A stretch of DNA of 64,000 nt, taken from the NCBI GenBank assembly GCA_037379345.1, contig CM074512.1, forward strand, positions 69,957,597 to 70,021,596. Direction: 5' to 3'. Within the stretch, counting starts at the first letter, position 1, and every line of letters begins with the position of its first letter. Shown piece after piece: positions 52,701-63,200 of the stretch. The DNA is from Perna viridis (lineage: Eukaryota). The notes beneath the pieces were generated by a model. It saw nothing but the letters and a program-made list of their open reading frames with translations. It was not told the origin of the DNA and did no database searches. Both the position numbers and the translations under genes were made by a program.

Positions 52701-55700
52701 TTTTCCCACACCAAAACTGCACTTGCCTCATGTGATTGGTTACTGGAACAAAATAACTTTTCTACATCAAAAATGCACTTGCCTCAGGTGACTAGAAAGT
52801 GAAATTAAATAACTTTCCCAAACTTTTGCATTTGCCTTGCGTCATTAGAAAGTGGACAGAAATAACTCCCACATCAAAATTGCACTAACATTGGGTGATT
52901 GGAAAGTGGAACAAAATAATTTTCCAACACCAAAAATGCACTTGCCTCTGGTCATTAGAAAGTGGAACAAAATAACTTTCCCACATCAAAATTGCACTTG
53001 CCTCAGGTGATGGGAAAGTTAAACAAAATAACTTTCCCACACCAAAATTGCACTTGCCTCAGATGATTGAAAGTGTAACAAAATATTTCACACCAAAACT
53101 GCACTTGCCTCAAGTGATTGGAAAGTGTAACCAAATAACTGTCCCACAACAAAATCGCACTTGCCTCAGGTAACAGGAAAGTGGAATCCTAGAGCACTGA
53201 AGCAGTGATACAGTTTGCCTCCAATTACCTCAGAAGTAAGGCTATTTCCCCTTATAAAAGTCTCTCAACTTTCAAAAAATGGTTCAAAAATTATTTCCCA
53301 GAGCCAGACTGCTAAGTATGATATTTCTTGTCCAAATTTACTGATCTTTTTCTGTATACCTAATTCATTATTCCAAATTTAAAAAAAAAGATGATGCCAA
53401 TTTCCTAATAAAAAGAGGATGGGAAGTTTAAAAAAAAACCCAAAATAACAAAAATATCACTGAAATGTTTGTCAGTACCTTCTGGGATTGTGTAGTGGTA
53501 CCTGTCATCTGACTTCGGGGACTTTTACTGATGGTGATTTTCATTGGTGAGACTCCTGTAACAGGACTGGGTGTTGTGGTGGTATAAGTAACCCTGGGGG
53601 TCTGTGTTGATGCAGAAGGGGATACTAAACTCTCGGCTGAGTGACTTCTCCTTCTTTTTCTCTCTGGTCCTTCTTCTTCATCTTCCGTGTTCAAACCACC
53701 TTTATAAAAAATATAATATACAAATGCAATATAAATTAAAGAATAAGCAGAACTCTTTTGAACACATTTTTGTCAGTATGGCCACAGCCACTGTTTAAAC
53801 TGTTGTTTTGTGTTTTTAAACAGCTTTATTTAATTATTCCCTTAAATCATAACGGTTAGAGAAAATTAATACTGGGGAAACACTACTTTGTGTAATTAAA
53901 ATTCTTACCTTTGATATGAATAGACATTCCACTAGGCAAAACAACAACATTAGAGTTAGGACTGGTTGGTCTGTTTGTCTTAGTTACCCCACTGCTGCTG
54001 ACTGGCAGAGGTGGAGAGATTGCTGAAGATACTGGAATTAAAAAAAAAAAACCAACTACAATGAAATCTTAGAGAATGGTCTAAATAAAAATGTCTACAT
54101 GAACAATAAAAACCTTTATGTTCAACTTTTAACATTAATTTTCTGAGTCAACAAACCAAGGCTAGTAGGGGTATAAGCATTAAATTGGCATTAATTTGTG
54201 ATGCAATGATGGTAATGGATCTGTACACCAAATATCACTGACCTTGCATAAGGGATTCATGATTAAATGAACTTATCAGAAAACTTAACATTAAAATTGT
54301 GGACGCAGCCATCAGCAGAAGCAAAAACTAAGTTTGCCTTCCGCGGCTTTTGTCGCAGGCAAGACAAAAATGAACAGCTAAAAATGCACTCACATGTATA
54401 AAAGTCACATTTAGTATATTGCTTTTATTTTCTTCTATCCCTATTCATATGTTTTAATAGGATTTCACAAATGGAAATTATGCATTAAAGCAACTCACAG
54501 CTCTTCATAAAAAAGTGACAACGCTTAAGGACAAAGCTCTTTTTTTTGTTTGGTTGATTTTAGGAATGACTATTAAGTGTTTTCTGTCTATGAAGAAATA
54601 ACCCCAATCAAATGGTGCACACTAATTAACCTGCAAAGCAAGTGTGCACCCCTGGCATTATTTTAAAGAGACAGAAAAAATGTAACAGTCATTTCTAATA
54701 ATTTAATATAAGTACCTTGTATCAAAATTTAACAAGTAATTCATCAAAAAAGGTTCATGATGTCACAGTCACATAATAATATTTGGTCTATGAGATGATG
54801 GACAAAAGTTTTTATCAAATCAGAAAGCATTTTACTTCTGAATTAAATTATTTTTTAATAAACCTAATTATAACAATTATAACTGATATCAAACAATTTT
54901 TTTTTTACAGCAACATAAAAAATAACCAGAATGTGACTTACAATCTTTATTTCCAGTCTGTGAAGGAGCGGGCATACTGGCATTTTTCTCTGCCTGAATG
55001 TTAGCAGCTTCATTAGCCTTGGCAGTAAAAGCAGTCTGTGGTACCAGTCTAGGCATCAAGGGAATGAGTCTTCTCCCCTCTATCAACCACTCAGACATTG
55101 TATTGGGACCAGATACACTGCAAAAATAAAGGAATTTATTTTCATTTATTATTTTACAGTGTTGTGAACTGTTGAAATTAAAATAGGTAAACAAATAGAC
55201 AGATGAGAAGACAAGGCAACATGCATAAGTTTTGATTCTAACATTAATCAATAAACAGTATCCTAGCTAGGGCAAAATGGTACTGTGCCCTGCCCCATAT
55301 AGTGCCCATTTACAGTTATCTGAATATCTCTTCAAGATAACACTCTTGTTAATAAATTACCCCAAGCCAATTAAGAAGTGTCACCTTCATCAACTACATC
55401 CTGTCATAATTAACCCTCAGGTAACTATTAGTGATCAATCAGCTGATCATGGTTATCAGATGATGATTGACAAGTAGAAAATGGATCCTGATTGGAACTA
55501 TCACCATTTTATGGACAACCAATCATAGGTTATTAATTAATTTCTACTGCTAAATTAATTTTGCAAATATTTTTAAGTTAACAGGTCCAAGTTTTCTAGA
55601 ACAATTAAATGTAAACAATTGCATTTTGCACATGTTTGTTCAAAATGTTAGTTACCTCCCTTACAATTTCAATATCTTTAGGATTTTCTATATCTTCAAC

Positions 55701-58700
55701 AGTATAGAAAATAATATTCCTCTTAATTACATAGTAAAGGTTAAGATTAGGTTTCAGTACAATTAACTTAATCTTTTCTGAGTTTTCAAGTCTTTCCTTT
55801 TTTTACTTATGAAAAGAAGTGAATATGATGTGTTTTAGAAAAGTTTGGGAAAAATGTGGATGTATGTACATGGATCTCCGCTGTTCAACTGTTGCTGTTG
55901 TCAAGAACCTAACCTGCCCCAGAAATAATATAACTGCAAATTGTATTATTCAAGTCGTAGCATAGTTTTTCTAAGATAGGAAAGGAACTTGTTTTCTTTT
56001 TTTGAATTTACAGCTGTCAGTTGCGTCTGAATTTTGTTTACGACAAATGATATGTGTAAAATATTGCCACCATCTGTGGAGAACTGTAATATTCTGGTAT
56101 CTGTATAAATCAATCTGACATGCTAAAACTGAAAAGGATGTTGCTAGAGATGCTCTTAAGGGTTAAAAATTGTAAAGTATGATGGAAGTGCTACATAGTT
56201 ATTGATCATTTTGAAAGCGAGGGGAAGGGGGATGGGGCTGGGATTTTGGAAAAATAAGAAAAATGAATAAGTGATATTTTTTGGAAAAACATTTTTTACT
56301 CATTCATTGAAAAAAAAAAAAAAACTATTTCCCCCATTATTTAACAAGGCAGATTTTCAAATAAAAATATTGATTTTGCTTGTTGCCAAAATATATAAAA
56401 AAAAAAAAAAAACTTGCACTTGTGAAACAAAAATTCTAATCTGATCCCCACCCCTCTGTGCCAAAGGAGTTTTTAATGTCCTTTTATTTTAACATGATAT
56501 ATACATTTCAAATGAAGACAAAAAAAAAAAGAAAAAAAAGAAAAAAAATAAATTATACATGTAACAGCAGCTAATAGCTTTATGTCACAACAGTAAAATA
56601 AAGTTGGTTGTGTAAAATACATACTAATCAGCAACTGTACAAAGCTTCTCATCATTTATGGCTCTCCTTACTTCAGCCCGATGTCTCTCAGTTGATATAC
56701 TACAATGTAACAAAAACAACAAATATCTGATTCAGGTGGGTAAATCAGCAACTCTACAGAGTTCAATAAGATATACTGTTAAGAATTAATGTTGCATCAA
56801 GATTTAATAAAAAGCTAAATACTGCTAAGACCTTAAAAACCTTTCAATATATCTTGACCATTTCCTATTTATGTGAGAAAGAAGAATCCATTTGCATGTA
56901 CACATCATAATACATTATTAAGTTAGAGGATATCACTCACTGAAGGCTTAGAAAAACAAAAGATTGTAAAAGTGCATTATCAATACAAGACTTACTTAAA
57001 ACAAGAGGTTCCCAGGAGCCTGAATCGCTCACCTGTTGAATTTTGCCTTACAAAGGCAATAAATTAAACAAGTTGTCCAACAATTTTGACTCAAGAAGTC
57101 TTTGGTAGGACTATTACAAGATCTTTTCAACAATGGAAAGTTTCTTTTAATCTACCATAGTTTTCAAGATATTGACTGAAAACTATTAAAAAAAAAGTCA
57201 TTTTTCCCCTTTCCAGGGCAATAACTCTTACAAGGAGTCTAATGACTTTTATAGTCTTAATAATATGGATCATTTCAGCTATTGAAAGAATTTGGATAAA
57301 CCTAACGGTTTTGGAGATATACGTGAAAAACTACTATCTGACCCCTATGTTCTATTTCTAGTAACGGCAGCCATGTTTTTTTCAACGAATCACAAATCCC
57401 CACATCAGTTCTATGCAGGATACCCCAAGGAACATTCATATCAAGTTTGGTTTCAATTGGTCAAGTACTGTCAGAGGAGAAGATTTTTGAAAGAAATAAC
57501 ATTAAAAATAACATAAATCGTTAAAAAAAGGCAATATCACCAACATGACTCAACATTTTAAAACCAAACTTTGAACAGAGATAGACCTCATCATGCTGAA
57601 CACTTTTACCCTGCCAGAATTCAGTTAAACCTAACGTTTAGGAGATATATGTGAAAAAATACTGTCTGACCCCTATGTTCTATTTTTAGTAATGGCGGCC
57701 ATGTTTTTTGACGAATCAAAAATCCCCACACCAGTTCTATGCAGGATACCCCAAGGAACATTCATACCAAGTTTGGTTCTAATTAGTCAAGCAGTTTCAG
57801 AGGAGAAGAGTTTTGTATAATTCCTAACGACGATGACGGATGCCAAGTGATGGCAATAGCTCACATGGCCTTTGGCTAGGTGAGCTAAAAATCAGAACTA
57901 GTTCACAGTCAGCATCGCACTGAAATAAAAGACTAGATCAAAGACTGACCTGAGATTATATCGAAGACCCTAGAGAATTTTAAGACTGACCTAAGATAAT
58001 ATTGAAGACCCTGGAGAATTTTAAGACTGACCTAAGATAATACTGAAGACCCTGGAGAATTTTAAGACTGACCCAGTGTAGGAAACCACCGCTCGCTAGC
58101 TCGCCAAATACCAGTAGATGTGTAATTTGGTGAGTTCTCATTAGCTTACACTCTTCAATTTGACGACTGTCATTTGATTGGAGAGTTCCAAGGAAAGTTA
58201 ACCAGCCAACCGGTTATTTATTAAAAATATGTTTCCTACATTTTAAGAAGTTTAGCTTGAATATGTTAAGTGAATTTTGGCATGATATGCACAATTTTAT
58301 TGACTTGTAAAGCATTGTTTACAATCTGCCATTTAAATTTCCGGTAAACAGGATGTGCCAAAACCTTCACGACGGTTCAGATCTCATATTAGTATTCAAA
58401 TGAAATTATCTTGGTAATTTATGATATGTTACCTTGCAAATTAGTTGTTTATTGTCACAATAAAAATGAAAAAGAAGCAAATGATAAACATTTTCTTGTT
58501 TCATAATGATGAATCTGCAGAAACATTTTTTAAATATGAGTTCAGAAATGAGTACTTATTCTGTTACTGTAAAGTAAATGAAAAACTTCAAAGGGAGGGA
58601 ATATTCGAAAATGGAAAAGTTTTTGATAAATTTAAAAACAAATGAAAAGATAGTAGAAGAAAGAAAAGGAAAGGCAGAAGATAGTCAAATCCAAGAGAAA

Positions 58701-59151
58701 ACAAATGGTAGTACAGAAAAAAACCCAAATATGTGAAGAGCATAGACATTTTTTGAATGAATGGAAATAATTTGGCTAGTTGAATTTATATTTGGCTAGC
58801 AAGGTCAATATTCCACTAGCCAGAATGGCAAGTTGGGAAAAAAAATGGTTTCCCACACTGGTGACCTATGAGATAATATGGAAGACCCTAAAGAATTTTA
58901 AGACTGACCTGAGATAAAATTGAAGATCTTGGAGAATTTTAAGGCTGACCTGAGATAATATTGAAGATCTTGGAGAATTTTAAGACTGACCTGAGATAAT
59001 ATTGAAGATCTTGGAGAATTTTTTTCTTTTCCTTTGTTAGGTCTCCTTGTGCCCTAAAAGCTGAAATGAGGGAAGAGTAAGCTTCCAATTCCATCCTCCG
59101 TAACATCCTTTTGGACTCATCCTTAGACATATCAAGTAGTAATGGCCACAT
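37798..59151 (-). CDS. EMSY: EMSY (BRCA2-interacting transcriptional repressor) orthologue with C-terminal bromodomain, 24 coding exons, about 1182 aa
   Basis: Exons 5' to 3': 59151-58991, 56699-56625, 55117-54942, 54031-53909, 53699-53479, 52441-52264, 52027-51930, 51780-51639, 51253-51095, 50764-50621, 50156-50044, 49487-49359, 47645-47480, 46724-46568, 45808-45741, 45473-45373, 44921-44555, 44253-44051, 43393-43159, 42370-42229, 41826-41744, 39482-39403, 38858-38694, 37860-37798 (TGA). All introns are GT-AG and phase-compatible, total 3549 nt. EMSY-like blocks: ENT domain, RLIPLMPRLVPQTAF, SNVVVLPSG, KILPK, KPNVIVVQKT. Confidence 0.9.
38694..42260 (-). CDS. Bromodomain-encoding exons at the C-terminus of the EMSY gene (missed by the ORF track)
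   Basis: Spliced translation GWSKSCLWLIQRVSKY...AASWFLKPVDPNDAPDYYSIIKSPMDFGTIKRKLETGSYSHYEDFHSDMLLVRDNCRTYNPPGSVVRRDCDEVFAFYMSEYEKL fits the bromodomain consensus, including the acetyl-lysine-binding Tyr and Asn. Confidence 0.93.
39982..41210 (-). mobile_element. Helentron-type element with internal tandem array of about 160-bp units
   Basis: aacaag end with gtcccc sub-terminal repeat, about 5 core units (aaatcaattgga at about 40442, 40630, 40791, 40933, 41093), gacg/gatg microsatellite, terminal hairpin gtccccttcggcatttgccgaaaggggac. Confidence 0.75.
41358..41545. repeat. About 70-bp tandem repeat, 2.5 copies
   Basis: ttgtttcccttatcttcag...ttttatttggtctgctacactgtgtgtgacatc repeated. Confidence 0.8.
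42023..42165. repeat. Degenerate copy of a dispersed short repeat
   Basis: agatgtggtatg...ggtcac...cttcaacgatgggcaaaacccatacc...aaaaggc resembles an abundant bivalve interspersed repeat as I recall it. Only one copy in this window. Confidence 0.4.
42581..42768 (+). mobile_element. Second, 5'-truncated 3'-terminal fragment of the Penelope-like family
   Basis: Highly similar to 60103-60290. It explains the look-alike ORFs 42507..42818 and 60011..60283. Confidence 0.7.
47154..47298. mobile_element. 145-bp MITE with CAG termini and 6-bp TSD
   Basis: caggggtgatttt / aaaattgtccctg with a perfect taaata duplication on both sides. Confidence 0.7.
47925..48845 (-). repeat. 45-bp minisatellite, about 20 copies, each with a GTAAGT donor consensus on the EMSY strand
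   Basis: Unit caactagaactatagagaacgtttgggtcactctcaacacttact. Confidence 0.95.
52575..53199. mobile_element. MITE carrying an internal minisatellite (about 58 bp x 9)
   Basis: TIR cagtgttctaggat / atcctagagcactg, flanks atgcag/aagcag, internal unit ttcccacaccaaaattgcacttgcctcaggtgattggaaagtggaacaaaataact. Confidence 0.75.
54942..59151 (-). CDS. EMSY: EMSY N-terminal (ENT) domain and adjacent HP1-binding region, coding exons 1-3
   Basis: MWPLLLDMSKDESKRMLRRMELEAYSSLISAFRAQGDLTKEKKKILQDLQYYLSISTERHRAEVRRAINDEKL...SGPNTMSEWLIEGRRLIPLMPRLVPQ closely parallels the human EMSY N-terminus. Confidence 0.96.
57000..57890 (-). mobile_element. Complete Helentron-type non-autonomous element
   Basis: Head ttttagctcacctagccaaaggccatgtgagcta at 57890, two internal core repeats, tail caggtgagcgattcaggctc...cctcttgtt at 57000. 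Confidence 0.75.
57942..59021 (-). repeat. 41-bp minisatellite copied from the 3' end and donor of EMSY coding exon 1, split by a MITE
   Basis: Unit taagactgacctgagataatattgaagatcttggagaattt, about 4 copies at 58861-59021 and about 3 at 57942-58073. Confidence 0.9.
58074..58860. mobile_element. MITE inserted into the 41-bp splice-donor minisatellite
   Basis: TIR cagtgtaggaaacc / ggtttcccacactg, flanks ctgacc/gtgacc, and the 41-bp array continues on both sides. Confidence 0.8.
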
Positions 59152-60052
59152 TTTCCCCTGAAAATATAAGACAAATTTATACCTACAAAATTTGCCAGCT
59201 GCAATTTTTTTGTTGCTGAATTCAGAAATTGGAGCCAACATAGGTACAAAAAAAAATGTGATTTAAAAAAAAAAAATAAAATATAACAAGGTCTGCTGAT
59301 GATTATACTGATAAATTCATCAAAATAACCATCACTCATGACAAGATCTAAAACTCATAGTCACTTTTGCATAGAAAAGGGAGCAACAGATGCATCATTG
59401 TATAACCTCTATAAAAATAGTAAATACTTACAGAGATCACCAAAAGGTCTTCCATAAGTGTAAACACACCTTCAAGTTTGTTCTGATAGGCCCCGACAAG
59501 AAAGGTAAAAACAAATCCAACAGAATGATGACAATCCTTTTTAATAAACTAAAAAGTCAAATAACGAAACGAAAGACAGATCAGTGAACCAAGATAGACA
59601 TTAGAGCGAAATCATTCATTTCTAACCAAGCACCATGCGGCAAGCACAACAAACAGCTTGGAAATAGTGAACAAATATTAGAAATCAACAAAAAATCTCC
59701 AAAAACATGCTTCATTCTAAAGTATCTGTTGAAAATTTTGAATTGGATCTTGAGCTTGATATCACAAAGCAATAACCTGTGCTGTTATAAGCAAAGCTGG
59801 GCAAAAAATTTACTTGAAGCTTTTGAAACAAAATAAAATGTAGAAAAAAATGGGTTCAACAAAAAATATTAACATTTATGATAGCCGGACCTGTGCAAGA
59901 ATATTTATGAACCTTGAATATAGACATATTTTAAGAGCATTATATTTAATTAAGTATAGACTTAGACTCAAAATAAAATGTAGCAAAATTATATAGTACT
60001 TCTCCAAATAGTGTTGTTTTATTTTATCATGACCTTTATATTACTAATATTT

Positions 60053-60290
60053 ATGAGCAACTCTGCGGGCGTTTCTAGAAAAGCAGAGGACGCTTACCCT
60101 ACTGGTGCACCTGGTCCACGCTCCCAGTTTTTAGTGGAGTCCGAGTTGTTCATTTGCTTTTGTTACTTTGTATGTATGATTTTAATTACTTTATGTTCTT
60201 TGTTGTGTATGTCTGTTTCCCATGTCTGGTCTCTGTCCCTGGATTGCATTCTTTTGATTACCGCTATAACCTTGGTTCCCTAGATTACTC
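60053..60290 (+). mobile_element. Solo 3'-terminal fragment of the Penelope-like family
   Basis: Colinear homology with the reverse complement of 992-1207 (tttctagaaaagcag..gacgcttaccct...ggttccct). Confidence 0.7.
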
Positions 60291-63200
60291 ATTCATATTA
60301 AATAGTCCCTGATTTTATACATGTAGACCTTTGTCCTTAGTGGTCTCATTCAATTTTGCTTAAAAAATGATGTTGACTTTTAATATACAAGTTTCAAACT
60401 ATCTTAATTCTCTTTATTCATAGAATGAAATTTCTAGCAAGCTATCTGTTGGGCCAGTTTTTTTAAAGGAGACATGACACAAAAAATTATTTTTTTTTTC
60501 AATTTTTGGTTTATTTGATTTATTACACCTAAATTATATCATTAAAACGATCCTTGTAGTCACTTACGTCATTTAATTGAAGATAAATTTATTCAAAATC
60601 GATGATGACCCAAGCTATACAAATTTAATTTGCCAGAAGGTCATGTGACCATGCTATGTCATTGGTTCTTAATTCGTAGATCGTGTGGTTGAAATGCGTG
60701 GGGCTTCTGCACTTTTTACATGATTTCTACCACTGAGAGTGAAAATATTTAAAGTTTTGTTTTGCCAGCGAATATATACCTACAGTTGTATCAATTTAAA
60801 CCACTTCGAGAAGAAAATGATTAACAATGACAGAATATTTAACTTTTACATGTATGAAGACTAGAGTCCACAGAGATACAACAACACTTCTTTTCGATGA
60901 TTACATAGAAATATTGCATTGTTCTGTCATGTTCGAACTTTTTACATAAAGTAAATTAATAGGCGAGTATCAAACAACGGATTTCGAGGTTTTTAATGCA
61001 CCTACCTAACACGTGGCTATATTATATATCTTTGGAAAAGTCTTTAATCGTACTTTCAGAATTGCTTAGTTGTAAAAATGGGAAATGGTCATAATTTTTT
61101 TTAAAACTGCAAAAACAGCAAAAAATGAGTATTTCAAAATCATATAACATTTAAATAAAAACGTCGTTTAAAAATAAAACATATTTTAAAATTATATAAA
61201 ATTAGTTTTTAATCAATTTAAATCTTAGCTTTATTCATTTTTACAATTACCTTCTAGAAATTCTGAAGATTTTAGGAAAAAACTCGTTATTTTGTAAAAA
61301 AAAACAAATTTTTAGGGGTTTCCATATTAAATGACAGGCATTTTTTTCTTGCCTTATAAACATAAAAAAACTTATGTTTTCGTCACAAGAACATATTTAT
61401 CAATTTTTGTAAACCTAAGATTGTGGTTGATTCATCCCTTTATTGCTTGAAATGCTGTTTCTTAAAACGCAAAAATGCAGGAAAAGGTTTTAAAGCGTTA
61501 ACTTATAATCGAAGACACTTATTTATTATTTGCAACAAAAAGTTTCGGATATTTGATGTTTTGGTCCTTTCAAGTATCTGTCTGTATGTCCGTACCTGTG
61601 TCCTTGCATCCATCCGTGTGTCTGTCATAACATCTTGTGGCCTGGGTAACGCCTCCGTTTTTTTACTGATTTACTTCAAATTTTAGTGAATGATTAGTAA
61701 CAATAATATCATAGACGTTTTTTCACTTACATCGGTCAATGGGCAATATTTTATTTGTTACATACATGTAGAGGATAAGTGTGTAAATGTTTGCATGCTT
61801 GCTTAATTTCTTTAAATTGTTCCCCTTTTAGTTAGACAAACATACAACTAAGAATATCTTAATCAGAAGCTAAACCAAAGCAAGAAAAAAAGGTCGAAGG
61901 CCACTGCCAACTTCAGTATGCAGAATAAAGCATGTCATGTAAGACAACAAGGGGTCTATTAGGGGTCTGAGGGGCGTATTTTATTAAAGAAAGAAAAGTA
62001 AGGCAACAATGAGAATACTGAATGCATATTAAAGCCATATATATCTTTTTCACTCTTCACTATTATAATTTGCAAAACTTTTAATCCTATAAGAAGTTAG
62101 AGGCTAATTATAAATGCCCATTCTTAAAGTTTCTTCATTTTTTATCCGAGGTTGCTTTTATCACTTTTTGATAATTTCAATTTTGATGATTGCCCAATGT
62201 GAGAGAACGGCTCAAAAACTGTCAAATGTTGTAGGTGGCATGCCAAAACACTAAGTATTTCGGGACATTCTTGTTACCTAATACAACCTCAAAAAGAGCA
62301 GCTCCAGTCGGCTATATGTCTTACACAGAAGTATGAAACTTTGTACGGCACAGTTGGGTAATTTTCCTGAAAGCATTTGGTAAATAGGAGTAAATGCATA
62401 TAACTCTGTATCTACCAAGAGATTTCAAAGACTCCCATTTTCCAATTTTTTTCTTAATGATAAATTAAAACACGGCAGAGTATAAAAACCACCAAACCAC
62501 AAAATATGTAACTGAAAACAGACGCTCAAGTATGCACAGAAAATGGTCGACATGCCTGCTCACATATATCAGCACACCACTGATATTGTGTTTCTGCTTG
62601 TTGAAAACAAGACACAAAAGAATTTGCTGTCTGTCAATTGTAGGTAACTTACATGGTACCTCAACAATAGTACGTGGTAAAATTTCTAAAGAAGTACCAA
62701 GTAATGAGAGGTTTCGGCATGGAAAGAAAACATTCGAATAGCTTAGAAAAAGCCTAGTTGTTCTGAACAGTGTCAGCTCTATGCTTTAGTTGCACCAGTA
62801 TAGAGCGATGAAACTATTTTCGCCTATTGGCTTTTAATTGACAACTGGTGATTCTTTGATTGTGTTGCCATGTATTTAATTTTTACTGCGGCTTACCTCC
62901 TCACAAAAATGAAATGCGGCATTAACTATTGAGTAAAAAGAATCCTTTCCATCTATTGTTTCAGCATTCATGTCATCTTGACATCGTAATGGCAGAAAAC
63001 AGTGGATATATATGAAGTACAAACATGCAAAGGTTGTAAGCAACAATGTACAATCAAACCTTGTGATATGAAGGAATCTATGAAAGTAAAAGTGCTCAAT
63101 TAGAAATTATGACCTTCGATAGAGTGCAATTGCAAAGAGATGTCAATACAAAGTGCAACTAGAGCCTTTGTAAGCAATGACATAATGCATTCAGACAAAT

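Noticed and set aside
60011-60283. Paralogous hydrophobic ORFs at 60011 and 42507
   Set aside because: They are chance translations of the non-coding retroelement tail.
60463-61240. Possible TTAA-flanked Kolobok-like element starting ttaaaggagacatgacac
   Set aside because: No matching right-hand TIR found, so the boundaries cannot be supported.
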